From the IMG/VR virus record IMGVR_UViG_3300012667_000675, positions 1 through 29,452 of that record: 29,452 nt of DNA. The stretch is one strand, 5' to 3'. Position 1 is the stretch's first letter. Each line of letters starts with the position of its first letter. A program made the translations under genes and the position numbers. Source of the stretch: a virus (Duplodnaviria; Caudoviricetes). The notes under the pieces were generated by a model. That model was not told the DNA's origin, did no database searches, and saw only the letters and a program-made list of their open reading frames with translations. This document shows positions 8,444-16,531 of this stretch, piece by piece.

Positions 8444-8884
8444 TTAGAGGGCGGCCTTGATGATGGCGGCCTTGTTGGCGGCGAAGTAGTCGTTACGCTC
8501 CTTGGAGCCGACCGGCATCGCGAGGAAGGTGGCGAGGTGGTCGACGGCCTCGGCGGAAGGCTTGCTGTCCGCAGGGGTGATTTCGACCGGGGACACGCCG
8601 ACGGACGCCACGATCTTGGCGGCTTCCTTGGAGGCGCTGACCTTGCTGGCTTCGATATCGGCGACCATCGCCTTGAAGCCTTCGACTTCCTTGACGGCCA
8701 CTTCGAGAGCAGCGGTCAGTTCGGCGAGCTTGGCGTCCTTGGACGCGGCTTCGACCTTGAGGGACTCCAGTTCGGAGGCGGCGCCAACGGTGAGTTTCTC
8801 GACGGTGGCACGGAGGTCGTCGCGCTCGGCGGTGACGCCCGAGATGGCGGCGGTGGCTTCGAGGAGCTGTTCTTCGATGGTCAT
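8444..8884 (-). CDS. Capsid scaffolding protein
   Basis: 146 aa, A/E-rich coiled coil with a short C-terminal helical motif (ERNDYFAANKAAI), between the protease and the MCP. Confidence 0.7.
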   Translation of the reverse strand: MTIEEQLLEATAAISGVTAERDDLRATVEKLTVGAASELESLKVEAASKDAKLAELTAALEVAVKEVEGFKAMVADIEASKVSASKEAAKIVASVGVSPVEITPADSKPSAEAVDHLATFLAMPVGSKERNDYFAANKAAIIKAAL

Positions 8885-8891
8885 TCTGTTA

Positions 8892-8906
8892 ATGCGGAGG
8901 TTGGAA
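8892..8906 (-). promoter_or_regulatory. Late motif copy: TTCCAA-CCTCC-GCAT, 7 nt before the scaffold ATG
   Basis: Fills the gap between the protease and the scaffold/MCP genes. Confidence 0.7.
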
Positions 8907-9692
8907 TTAGAACGAACGCAGGGCGTCGTTGAAAGAGTCGGCCAGACCCGTGACCAAGCCCTGGGCGGCGGCCTGCTTGCCAGAGAAGGTCTGACCTTCC
9001 ATGGCTTCGGCCTTCACCATCTTGCGCTTCATGTTCACGGCTTCCTTGAACTCGGCGTGGATCGTGTCGACGCCTTCCTGAAGGTTGGCCATCTGGCCTT
9101 CGTCGAGGCTCGTGCCTTCGATGCCAGCACCCTTGAACTTGCCGGACTTGATGACGACCATCTTGATGCCCTGCATCTTGGCGGCTTCGGAGTAGTCGGG
9201 GATGGCCATGTAGACGCCGATGGAGCCGACAGTGGACGAGGGCGAGGCCACGACGCGGTCGGCAGCGGAGCCAATCCAATAGGCGGCGGACGCCATCTCG
9301 GAGTCGGTGTAGGCGAGCGTAGGCTTCTCGAGGTTGCGCACCTTGTTGGCCAGTTCCTCGACGCCGGTGACCGTGCCACCAGGGGACGAGATTTGCAGGG
9401 CTACCTTCTCGATCTCGGGGTTCGCAGCGAAGGCGTCGATGGCGGCGGACACGTCGTTCACGTCCACGGCGCCCATCATCTTCTCGAGAGGCGAGAGGCC
9501 CTTGCCAATCACGCCCACGATGGGGACGATGCCCACGCCGTCGACGACGTAGGGGGCCGGAGCCTGCCCGAACAACTGGGCGAGCATATCCGTGAAGCCG
9601 AACTTCTCGGCGAGGACAGCGTGGTCCTTGGCCTTGGTCGGGTCGATGAGGAGGGGCTCGCGGCCCGACAGTCCGTTGGTGAGGAAACGCAT
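8907..9692 (-). CDS. S49 (SppA/lambda gpC-like) head maturation protease
   Basis: Motifs ISSPGG, MASAAYWIGS, VGSIGV, KSGKFK and GLVTGL. The likely start is ATG 9692, just after the portal stop. Confidence 0.92.
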   Translation of the reverse strand: MRFLTNGLSGREPLLIDPTKAKDHAVLAEKFGFTDMLAQLFGQAPAPYVVDGVGIVPIVGVIGKGLSPLEKMMGAVDVNDVSAAIDAFAANPEIEKVALQISSPGGTVTGVEELANKVRNLEKPTLAYTDSEMASAAYWIGSAADRVVASPSSTVGSIGVYMAIPDYSEAAKMQGIKMVVIKSGKFKGAGIEGTSLDEGQMANLQEGVDTIHAEFKEAVNMKRKMVKAEAMEGQTFSGKQAAAQGLVTGLADSFNDALRSF

Positions 9693-9696
9693 GGTG

Positions 9697-11220
9697 TTAA
9701 GAGTTAGGTTCGTCGAGCTCTTCAGGTTCTTCCTGATCGGCGGGTTCGTCTTCGCCTTCGGATTCCGGGCCTTCCATGACGTCGCCGCCAATCGTGCCGA
9801 CCGGGGTGTTCGACGGACGGAAGAGCAGCTCGAAGGGGATGCCGTACTGAGCCGCCAAGTCCTTGATGTGGACCATGTCGGAGGCACGCTTGGCCATCTC
9901 GGAGCGGAAGTCTAGGCCGCGCTGGGCGTAGAGTTCGGACATGGAGAGCAGGCCCATCTCGACGTCGGCACGGTCGTTCGCGGCTTCACGGCCAGCGTCC
10001 ACGGTGACGGACTTCGGGGTGGTCCAGGAGACTTGGTTCCACTGCGGGTCGTCGGGGAGTTCGCCGGCGGCGATGCCCTGCCCGATGATGTAGCCCCAAG
10101 TCGGGACGCAGAAGTTCTCGATGATGATGCCCTGATACTTTCCGAAGACGCGGCCAGCCTTGGCGGTGATCAGGCGGACGGTGGCTCCGCCGAGCTTCGA
10201 GGAGTCGCTGACGAACTCGTAGGGGAGCACGCCCATGCTGATGTCGCGCTCGAGGGCGGACAGGAAACCGGTGAAGGTGGCGTTCGGGCGGTTGCTCTGG
10301 AAGGACGTCATGTCCTCTCCGGGCTCGAGGGCGATGAGTTTGCCGCCCATCGTGTTGGCGAGGTTAGCGTAGGAACCGTTAGTCACGGCGCCGAGTTCGC
10401 CGGCCATGTCGCCGTCAAGCACGCCACCCGTCTTCTTGATGATGCGGGTCACGTCGCCGTTGTCCTTCACGGCCTGCTTCTCGAGGGCGAGGATTTCCAT
10501 CTCGTCTTGGATGGAGTTGATGGAGTGCTGGAGAAGGGGGACGCCACGGGCTCCGCTTGCGTACTCCTGGTCGACGACCATCATCATGGACTGAGCCAGA
10601 ATCTGGCGGGACGAGCCGTCGGAGCGGTAGACGTTGACGGCGATGTATTCGCCATACGGACCGAACTGGATGCCGTCGTGCATCCCTTCGGGCACCTTGC
10701 CCTCCAGAGGGTCTCCGACGCGGTGGGCTTCCATCAGCTGAATCTTGGCCTCGCCGGCGCCGTTGCGGACCTTGGCGGCGAAGGAGTCGCCGTCGCGGAT
10801 CATGCCGCGAAGGAGGATGGACTGGGCCTGATAGAACGAGAAGCGGTTCGTGATGTCGATGCGCTTGGCCTTTTCAGCGAAGTAAGCCTCATAGCGTTCC
10901 TGCATCTCCGGGGTGCTCGCGTGGGACTGTGGCTTGATGCCGTCGCCCACGGTGTAGAGGCACATATCCGCAAGGATTTGCTTGAACAGGCCGGAGTTAC
11001 GTTCCGCCCAGCGGCACTTCCGCATCATCGTGAGGCGGTCGTAAGGCGTCAGGTCACGGCGCAGGTCACGCGGTTCCGCACCATACGCCGAACGGCGAGC
11101 ACGCGTCACGCCGATGGACTGCCAATCGCCGTAGGAAGCCTGCGGAGCAGGGGCGAAAGGCGTAGCCTTCGGCTGCTTGGGACGCAGGCTGACGGTCTTA
11201 ATCTTCTTGCGGATGGCCAT
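9697..11220 (-). CDS. Portal protein, lambda family
   Basis: 507 aa with YTVGDGIKP, MIRDGDSF, GIQFGPYG, RGVPLL, LEPGED, RPNATF and VDAGRE motifs. Confidence 0.92.
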   Translation of the reverse strand: MAIRKKIKTVSLRPKQPKATPFAPAPQASYGDWQSIGVTRARRSAYGAEPRDLRRDLTPYDRLTMMRKCRWAERNSGLFKQILADMCLYTVGDGIKPQSHASTPEMQERYEAYFAEKAKRIDITNRFSFYQAQSILLRGMIRDGDSFAAKVRNGAGEAKIQLMEAHRVGDPLEGKVPEGMHDGIQFGPYGEYIAVNVYRSDGSSRQILAQSMMMVVDQEYASGARGVPLLQHSINSIQDEMEILALEKQAVKDNGDVTRIIKKTGGVLDGDMAGELGAVTNGSYANLANTMGGKLIALEPGEDMTSFQSNRPNATFTGFLSALERDISMGVLPYEFVSDSSKLGGATVRLITAKAGRVFGKYQGIIIENFCVPTWGYIIGQGIAAGELPDDPQWNQVSWTTPKSVTVDAGREAANDRADVEMGLLSMSELYAQRGLDFRSEMAKRASDMVHIKDLAAQYGIPFELLFRPSNTPVGTIGGDVMEGPESEGEDEPADQEEPEELDEPNS

Positions 11221-11223
11221 AAA

Positions 11224-11478
11224 TCAGTCGTTTCGGTTCTGCCAGTCCGTCGAGATGATGGTCACGCGACGGCCATAGGTCTCAGGGTCGAGACGAGAAA
11301 GGGCGAACATCGCTTCCGACAGCATCTCCTTGGGAGGCATCGCGAACTGCTTCGAGGCGGACGAGCCGGAGTCGGAGTAGGACATCAGCGTCTTACCCTC
11401 GGTGATCATAGCCAAAGCCTTGGCCTTGATGTCCAGGAGTTCGCACTCAGTGAGGCCGATGAATAGTCCTTGAGCCAT
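11224..11478 (-). CDS. Head-to-tail joining protein (gpW position)
   Basis: 84 aa between TerL and the portal, as in lambda. Helix-hairpin-helix pattern (GKTLMSYSDSGSSASKQF). Confidence 0.6.
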   Translation of the reverse strand: MAQGLFIGLTECELLDIKAKALAMITEGKTLMSYSDSGSSASKQFAMPPKEMLSEAMFALSRLDPETYGRRVTIISTDWQNRND

Positions 11479-11484
11479 TTAATC

Positions 11485-11499
11485 TTGCGGACAATGGAA
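11485..11499 (-). promoter_or_regulatory. Late motif copy: TTCCAT-TGTCC-GCAA, 6 nt before ATG
   Basis: Directly after the hairpin/U-tract and upstream of the gpW-like and portal genes. Confidence 0.7.
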
Positions 11500-11501
11500 G
11501 G

Positions 11502-11570
11502 AAAAAAGGGGGTACGACGCCCAGCCCACGCCATGAGTCTCTTCCACCCACAACACTAAACGCCGTACCC
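11502..11570 (-). ncRNA. Candidate structured RNA: long G.U-rich hairpin plus U-tract (sRNA, terminator or RNase III site)
   Basis: Hand folding gives a 16-bp plus a 9-bp stem with 9 G.U pairs, a 4-nt bulge and a GGAAGAG loop, followed by CC-U6. Confidence 0.55.
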
Positions 11571-11591
11571 TTGCAGACAGGTTGCCCGACC

Positions 11592-13379
11592 TCAAGCGGA
11601 AGGCAAGTCGGTTTCAGCGGTTTCCCTGCCGGCGATGCCCCAGCGGACGGCGCAAAGCAGGGCGAGCAGCTCAGTATCAAAACTGTGGTTATCCTTCTTC
11701 CCCTGCGGGAGAATCCACTGGGGCTTGCCCGTGCGTCGGTCTTTGACGCGGACTTCCGCATTCAGTTGGTCAACGTAGTCAGCGTTTGCGTCCTGAGCGT
11801 AGGTCCAGACCTTGCGTGCACGCAGGCCGTGCAGGAGGTCTTTGCCGGCGGTGTTCGACCAGACGATCAGGGTCGCCCTCTGCGGGATGCCAGGGACGAC
11901 GATGGACTGCTTCTCGGAATAGAAGCGGCGGGTCGTCTGGCCGTCCTTGGACGTGACCGCAAAGTCGTCGGAGCCTGAACCCTTGGCCGTCTTCCAGTTC
12001 CGCTTGGCGGTCTCGCGGTAGACCTCGGTCGTGTTGTCGCCGGAGTCGACGAGCACAAGCGCATGGTGGACGCCGTGCTGCTTGGCGAAGGCTTCGACGT
12101 TACCCCATGAGTCGATGCGAGCGAAGTCCATGAGGCGGCTATGCCCAGTCTTCGACCACCGGCGGACGACCACCCAGAAGTGGCCTCGCTGAACGTCGAC
12201 GCCCATCGTGCGGAAAGGGATGCTTCCAGTCGGTGCGCCATCGCGGTCGACAACCTTGGCCTTCGGGGTAATCACGGCTTCCGCGTCCCAGTCGTCGGAC
12301 ATCTTGTAGTCTGATGCCGTGGCCGTGGACACCATCTCGCCGCCCTCTTCGCTCCAGGGCAGAGCCAGTCGCTTCTGCTTGAAGATGCGTCTCGGTTCCT
12401 CGTCGCCGTACTCGTCCGCCGATGCCTTGGACTTGAGCATCAGGACGCCAAGCTCGCCCCAGCTCATGGCGGCCAGCGAGTTCCAGTGGAGGCCGATGTG
12501 CCCGGAGTTCGATGAAGTAGCCGTGGCCACAAAGGCACCACGCGCATTAGCCTCGAGGCGGGAAGCGTTCGTGTCGGGCAGGAGCGTCCGGCATCCGGCG
12601 CACTCGTAGGTCGTGCCCACGCTGACCTTGTGCAAGTCCCATGTGCCCGTCGCCTTCGCGTCCTCGGGGAACCTGATCTGTTCCCACAACCAGGGCTGAA
12701 GGTGGTCGCACTTCGGGCACCGCATATTCCAGTCACGCTGGTCCGTGCCTTCGTGCAGCTGATGGAACTCCTGCCCAGCCGACCCGCCCTGCGACATGAA
12801 CACCCGCTTTCCCATCCAGCCGAATGCCGTCACGCGTGCGCTCGCTTCGGCCAAGTGTCCTGGCGGAGCCATCCAACACTCGTCGGCGATGACGTAGCGC
12901 AAGGACAGGCGCTGAAGGTTCGCCTCGTTCCAGATGCCGCGGCAGTAGAGCGTCATTCGGTCGAAGTCCGCAGTCGTCGAGCGGTCGAGGTCTTCAAGGG
13001 ATAGCCGTGCCTTGACGGGCGGACAGTTGTTCCAGACCGGGCGAAGGTAACGAAGGGCGAAGTCCTTGGCCTCGGGGTCGGTGGCCTGCAAGAGCATCGT
13101 CGGCCCAGGAGCGTTGGCGATGATGTGGCACGTCAGCAGACGAGCGAACAGCGACTTGCCCGACTGGATGCTGGCAAGAACGGTGAGCAGACGCGTCTCG
13201 GGGTCGGCGGCGATGCGCAGCGCTTCGGCGATCCATGGCGTTCGGTCGGAGCGGAACGGCCCTGGCATCGGCGAGTCGGGAATGGCGTGCACGTTGTCCT
13301 CGAGCCATTCCACTACGTCACCCGAGTCGGATGGACGCAGAACTTCCCGACCGATGCGGAGCAGGTCAGCCTTGTTCAT
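11592..13379 (-). CDS. terL: Terminase large subunit, lambda GpA family
   Basis: PGPFRSDRTPW, Walker A ASIQSGKS, Walker B VIADE, CPKC..CAGC, nuclease MGVDVQ and DNHSFD. Confidence 0.95.
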   Translation of the reverse strand: MNKADLLRIGREVLRPSDSGDVVEWLEDNVHAIPDSPMPGPFRSDRTPWIAEALRIAADPETRLLTVLASIQSGKSLFARLLTCHIIANAPGPTMLLQATDPEAKDFALRYLRPVWNNCPPVKARLSLEDLDRSTTADFDRMTLYCRGIWNEANLQRLSLRYVIADECWMAPPGHLAEASARVTAFGWMGKRVFMSQGGSAGQEFHQLHEGTDQRDWNMRCPKCDHLQPWLWEQIRFPEDAKATGTWDLHKVSVGTTYECAGCRTLLPDTNASRLEANARGAFVATATSSNSGHIGLHWNSLAAMSWGELGVLMLKSKASADEYGDEEPRRIFKQKRLALPWSEEGGEMVSTATASDYKMSDDWDAEAVITPKAKVVDRDGAPTGSIPFRTMGVDVQRGHFWVVVRRWSKTGHSRLMDFARIDSWGNVEAFAKQHGVHHALVLVDSGDNTTEVYRETAKRNWKTAKGSGSDDFAVTSKDGQTTRRFYSEKQSIVVPGIPQRATLIVWSNTAGKDLLHGLRARKVWTYAQDANADYVDQLNAEVRVKDRRTGKPQWILPQGKKDNHSFDTELLALLCAVRWGIAGRETAETDLPSA

Positions 13380-13929
13380 CTTGCGAGAGTTCGGCCTTCA
13401 CCCGACGCACCCAAGCCTCGAGCACCTTGACCGCCTTGGCCGGGTTCTCAGGGTTGCACCCTTCAGCTGCGTCGAGGGCGAGTTTGTCGAGTCGGTTGAC
13501 CATCGTGGCCGCCAGTTCACGCATGGCTTCGCCGGCCTCGCGGGACGAGATGTAGTCCTTGGCCAGGATGAGTCGGCGTTCCTGCTCTTCCTCGAGGGCG
13601 ACGAGCGTCTTGAGGGAGGCGTTGTAGGCGGACTGGTACTTCCCTTGGTTTGGGTCGCCCCCTTCCATGGCCGCTTGCCAGACGCCGCGTGCCCGACCGA
13701 CAAGCGTGCGGTGCTCTGCGATCGTGTCGGCCAGCGTGCCGTCATCGAGCTGAGCAGGCGCGGCCTTAGGAGCCTGCGCACGTTGAACCGATGCCCGGGC
13801 TTCACGCCATGCTTTCGCCGCGTCGATGGAGTCGGTCGGCATTCCCTCCTTGCGTAACGCAGAGACGCGCTGCGCCGTCACGCCAAGGGCCAAACCCAGT
13901 TCTGAGTTGGTGGGGGCTTTGCCGCTCAC
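13366..13929 (-). CDS. terS: Terminase small subunit (Nu1-like)
   Basis: N-terminal HTH TNSELGLALGVTAQRVSALRKEGMP, then a coiled coil. It overlaps the terL start. Confidence 0.8.
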   Translation of the reverse strand: MSGKAPTNSELGLALGVTAQRVSALRKEGMPTDSIDAAKAWREARASVQRAQAPKAAPAQLDDGTLADTIAEHRTLVGRARGVWQAAMEGGDPNQGKYQSAYNASLKTLVALEEEQERRLILAKDYISSREAGEAMRELAATMVNRLDKLALDAAEGCNPENPAKAVKVLEAWVRRVKAELSQDEQG

Positions 13930-13949
13930 AGCGAAACCCTCTGTTTTCC

Positions 13950-14025
13950 TTCATCGGCTCTGTGAAAAAGAGCCGTGGTGTCGGGCCACGCGTGAAGCGG
14001 GGGGGGCTGAAGAGATTCCTTTAAA
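13950..14025 (-). other. Candidate cos packaging site
   Basis: Non-coding gap upstream of terS of a GpA-type terminase. Contains palindrome CACGCGTG (13987-13994), inverted repeat CGTGG/CCACG, and hairpin CGGCTCT/AGAGCCG (13955-13975). Confidence 0.5.
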
Positions 14026-14044
14026 CGATGATTAGGGCCGTATT

Positions 14045-14572
14045 TCATGGGTTATGCTGGGCTGGGCGGGGGGCGGTCTGCTTATGTTTGTCGCGTCTGG
14101 CATTAACGTGCGGGAACATTCCGACCGCGTCAGAGTTCACGGCGCGTTGGATTTCCTTGGCTCGGCTACGCATCCAGAAGTGGGAGCGACCGTACATCTT
14201 GCCGATCGTGCGGGAGTCCAGGCATCCGGGCAGGGACAGCGCCCACCTCACCGTCTCAACGTGACGACGGAAGGCGAAGTTATCCGTCGCGGCCAGCGCA
14301 TCGATGAAGCCCTTGAGCATCACGCCTACATGATCGCGAGAGATGAAGGCTTCGGTCTCCTTGCGTAGGTTGTCACCATCCTTCGTCGACCATGCAGGAT
14401 GATTGGCATCGACTGAGAATACATGGCGAGGCTGGCTCATCTCACGATACGGCAGCACGCCGTTCTCGCGCATCTTCTCCTGGACCTTCTTAGGTTGAGA
14501 GAAGAACCAAGCATCGAAGCTCTTCGCTTCCTTGGCCGGAGCGGAGAGGTCATTGATGCTGGCCTTGGTCAC
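14045..14572 (-). CDS. Putative late-gene transcription regulator with C-terminal HTH
   Basis: About 175 aa from GTG 14572. LDSRTIGKMYGRSHFWMRSRAKEI is HTH-like. It is the last gene before cos/terS. Confidence 0.4.
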   Translation of the reverse strand: MTKASINDLSAPAKEAKSFDAWFFSQPKKVQEKMRENGVLPYREMSQPRHVFSVDANHPAWSTKDGDNLRKETEAFISRDHVGVMLKGFIDALAATDNFAFRRHVETVRWALSLPGCLDSRTIGKMYGRSHFWMRSRAKEIQRAVNSDAVGMFPHVNARRDKHKQTAPRPAQHNP

Positions 14573-14623
14573 GCGATGTATTGGAAAGCATCTTACCCAG
14601 CGGGCAATGAGCAAAAGTAACGC

Positions 14624-14962
14624 TCAGATATTCTGGGAAAGGTTGCGGTAAGCCATGCGGTCGTCGTCGTAACGGACGAGGCCTTGGCGGATTAGCCTAG
14701 ACAGGACGGACTGAGGCTTGGTGTCGCTGAACTGATCCATGGACTTGGTGATGCCGGTCATCAGCTGCTCCTTGGTCAGATATGAATCTCGGTTGCCTAG
14801 CCAGTTAGCCCACCAGTGTTTGTTCCTGGTTGCCTTGTCTCGCATGGCCTTGGCTCCGGCCTTGGAGCGTTTGACCATGCGTTCGCGGTCGGTCTCCCAG
14901 AGTTTCTTCATGCGCAAGCGGAACGCGATCTGGCGTCCGACGTTAGGGTTAGGGTTTCTCAT
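14624..14962 (-). CDS. Basic protein with putative C-terminal winged helix
   Basis: 112 aa, with KPQSVLSRLIRQGLVRYDDDRMAYRN and a C-rich leader. Confidence 0.5.
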   Translation of the reverse strand: MRNPNPNVGRQIAFRLRMKKLWETDRERMVKRSKAGAKAMRDKATRNKHWWANWLGNRDSYLTKEQLMTGITKSMDQFSDTKPQSVLSRLIRQGLVRYDDDRMAYRNLSQNI

Positions 14963-14989
14963 TGGGTTGGGTGGTAGGTGTATTTTGCA

Positions 14990-15215
14990 TCGTTGGTGAG
15001 GGCCGCCCTGCCGTAAGGCTAAGGGCTAGGCATCTCACTGTTCTACGGCTTATCCCGAAGGGATAGCCTAGAACCATGCATTGTTCAAAGGTTTGTTCGA
15101 AGGGTTGTGTTAGGGTTTGTGAGAGGTTAACCATAAGTCAAACGAGAAAGGCGTTTTAAGGACTTTTGGTCTCGGATGGCTATGAGGATACCAACCAACC
15201 AGCCTTAACGCCTAG
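14990..15215. other. Candidate replication origin/control region
   Basis: Non-coding region next to the helicase. Contains an imperfect palindrome at 15041-15073, short CAAACC/CAACCC direct repeats at about 15085-15120, GGTTAACC, and an inverted repeat at 15149-15161/15203-15213. Confidence 0.45.
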
Positions 15216-16491
15216 AAGAGGCCTTGGCGGGTCTGGAATCGGTATCCGCTTCTGACACTTGGGAGGGGGGCTGGCTGTATTCCCAGCGGATGACCCCCTT
15301 CTCGGCGGCGTGGCGGATGTGAATCTCGCCCTTGAACTGCCCTTCGGCGTCTCTGAGGCCGGCACGGCCACGGCGCTTGGTCAGGCCGAACTTGTAGATC
15401 GGCTCTTCGCCCTGGCATCGGAAGAGGACGGCGACCTCGCGGAAGTAGTTCGTGAACTCGGACGACCCTAGGCCCGCGTAGGCTAGGTCGGCGACGGTGT
15501 GGCCTTCCTTGTCGCTGGCGGCCTTGGGCTTGCCGGTGTGGTGCATGGCGACGAGGACGGCGCCTGTCTCAAGCAGGATCGGGGCGAGGTCATGGCGCAG
15601 GAACTTGGAAGCCTGCTCCTGGTCGGAGACGTCGATGCCGGCGAAGGAGAGTAGCGGGTCGACGAACACGATGTCTGCCCGGTGTTCGCGGACTAGGTCG
15701 GCGAGGGCCGCGGTAAAGGCGGTGCCTGTGCTGACCGTATCTCGGAAGATGGCTAGGGACTCGCGCAGCTGGTCACGCTCGTGGCTGTCGAGGTAGGCAC
15801 CTGCCACGACGTCCTGCAAAGCCTCGGACACGTCGCCCGCGTCATTCTCGGCCTGAAGGATGATGGCCCTAAGCGGTCGGGCTGGCTTGATGCCGAAGAA
15901 GTCACGGCCTAACGCCCAATGGACGGCGGCCTGCATCATCAGCGAGGACTTGCCTGTGCCGGACTGGCCGACGATCAGGAGTGAGCCGCCCTTGCAGAGC
16001 CAGCGGTTGCCTAGGACGGTGTTCGGGTCGTCCTTGCGGTCAAAGGCCATCAGGTCGTCGAAGGCCATCCGCTTCGGGCCGTGCTTGACGGCTTTGGACC
16101 CCTTGCGCTTGTCGGCTAGGCGGGCATAATGGTCGAGCAGCGTGTCCGGGTCGGTGGCCTTGCTAGCGACTAGGGTCGCGTCTCGGAGGATAGCCGCGTC
16201 AGCGATGAGCTCGACGTGCTCGGGGCGGTAAGGGGAGAAGCCAGCGTAAGCCGTCAGGTCACCGATGTCGGAAGGCCCGACGGCTGACCCCATGCGCCGT
16301 AGGTAGTCGGTGACGGTGAGTTCGTCAGCGGAAGAGCCGTCAACCTGAAGCCCAAGGATCGCGGCGGCGACCTCCTGATGCTTAGGCTCGAAGAAGTCGG
16401 ACGGCTTAAGGTCGGCGGGGAAAGGGAGCGCGTCACGGAGAAGGACACCGAGGAGGTGGCGTTCCGCCGGCACGTTGTTCGGAGGGGTCAT
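15205..16491 (-). CDS. Replicative helicase: DnaB-like N-terminal domain plus AAA_25/RepA-type SF4 ATPase
   Basis: PPNNVPAERHLLGVLL..PSDFFEPKHQ (DnaB-N), Walker A GQSGTGKS, AEND, Walker B IVFVDPL, MHHTGK and GSS. The likely start is ATG 16491. Confidence 0.85.
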   Translation of the reverse strand: MTPPNNVPAERHLLGVLLRDALPFPADLKPSDFFEPKHQEVAAAILGLQVDGSSADELTVTDYLRRMGSAVGPSDIGDLTAYAGFSPYRPEHVELIADAAILRDATLVASKATDPDTLLDHYARLADKRKGSKAVKHGPKRMAFDDLMAFDRKDDPNTVLGNRWLCKGGSLLIVGQSGTGKSSLMMQAAVHWALGRDFFGIKPARPLRAIILQAENDAGDVSEALQDVVAGAYLDSHERDQLRESLAIFRDTVSTGTAFTAALADLVREHRADIVFVDPLLSFAGIDVSDQEQASKFLRHDLAPILLETGAVLVAMHHTGKPKAASDKEGHTVADLAYAGLGSSEFTNYFREVAVLFRCQGEEPIYKFGLTKRRGRAGLRDAEGQFKGEIHIRHAAEKGVIRWEYSQPPSQVSEADTDSRPAKASSRR

Positions 16492-16531
16492 GGAAGAGAG
16501 GGTTGGGGTTTGGGGGCGTGGGTGCCCGTGG

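Noticed and set aside
8502-11466. Long plus-strand ORFs (8502..9707, 10033..11466; also 18944..20107, 26535..27434 and others)
   Set aside because: These are antisense shadows of well-supported minus-strand genes, caused by high GC3. They have no recognisable motifs.
14949-15134. 61-aa minus-strand ORF
   Set aside because: It overlies palindromes and direct repeats, has a non-globular composition, and is better explained as non-coding.
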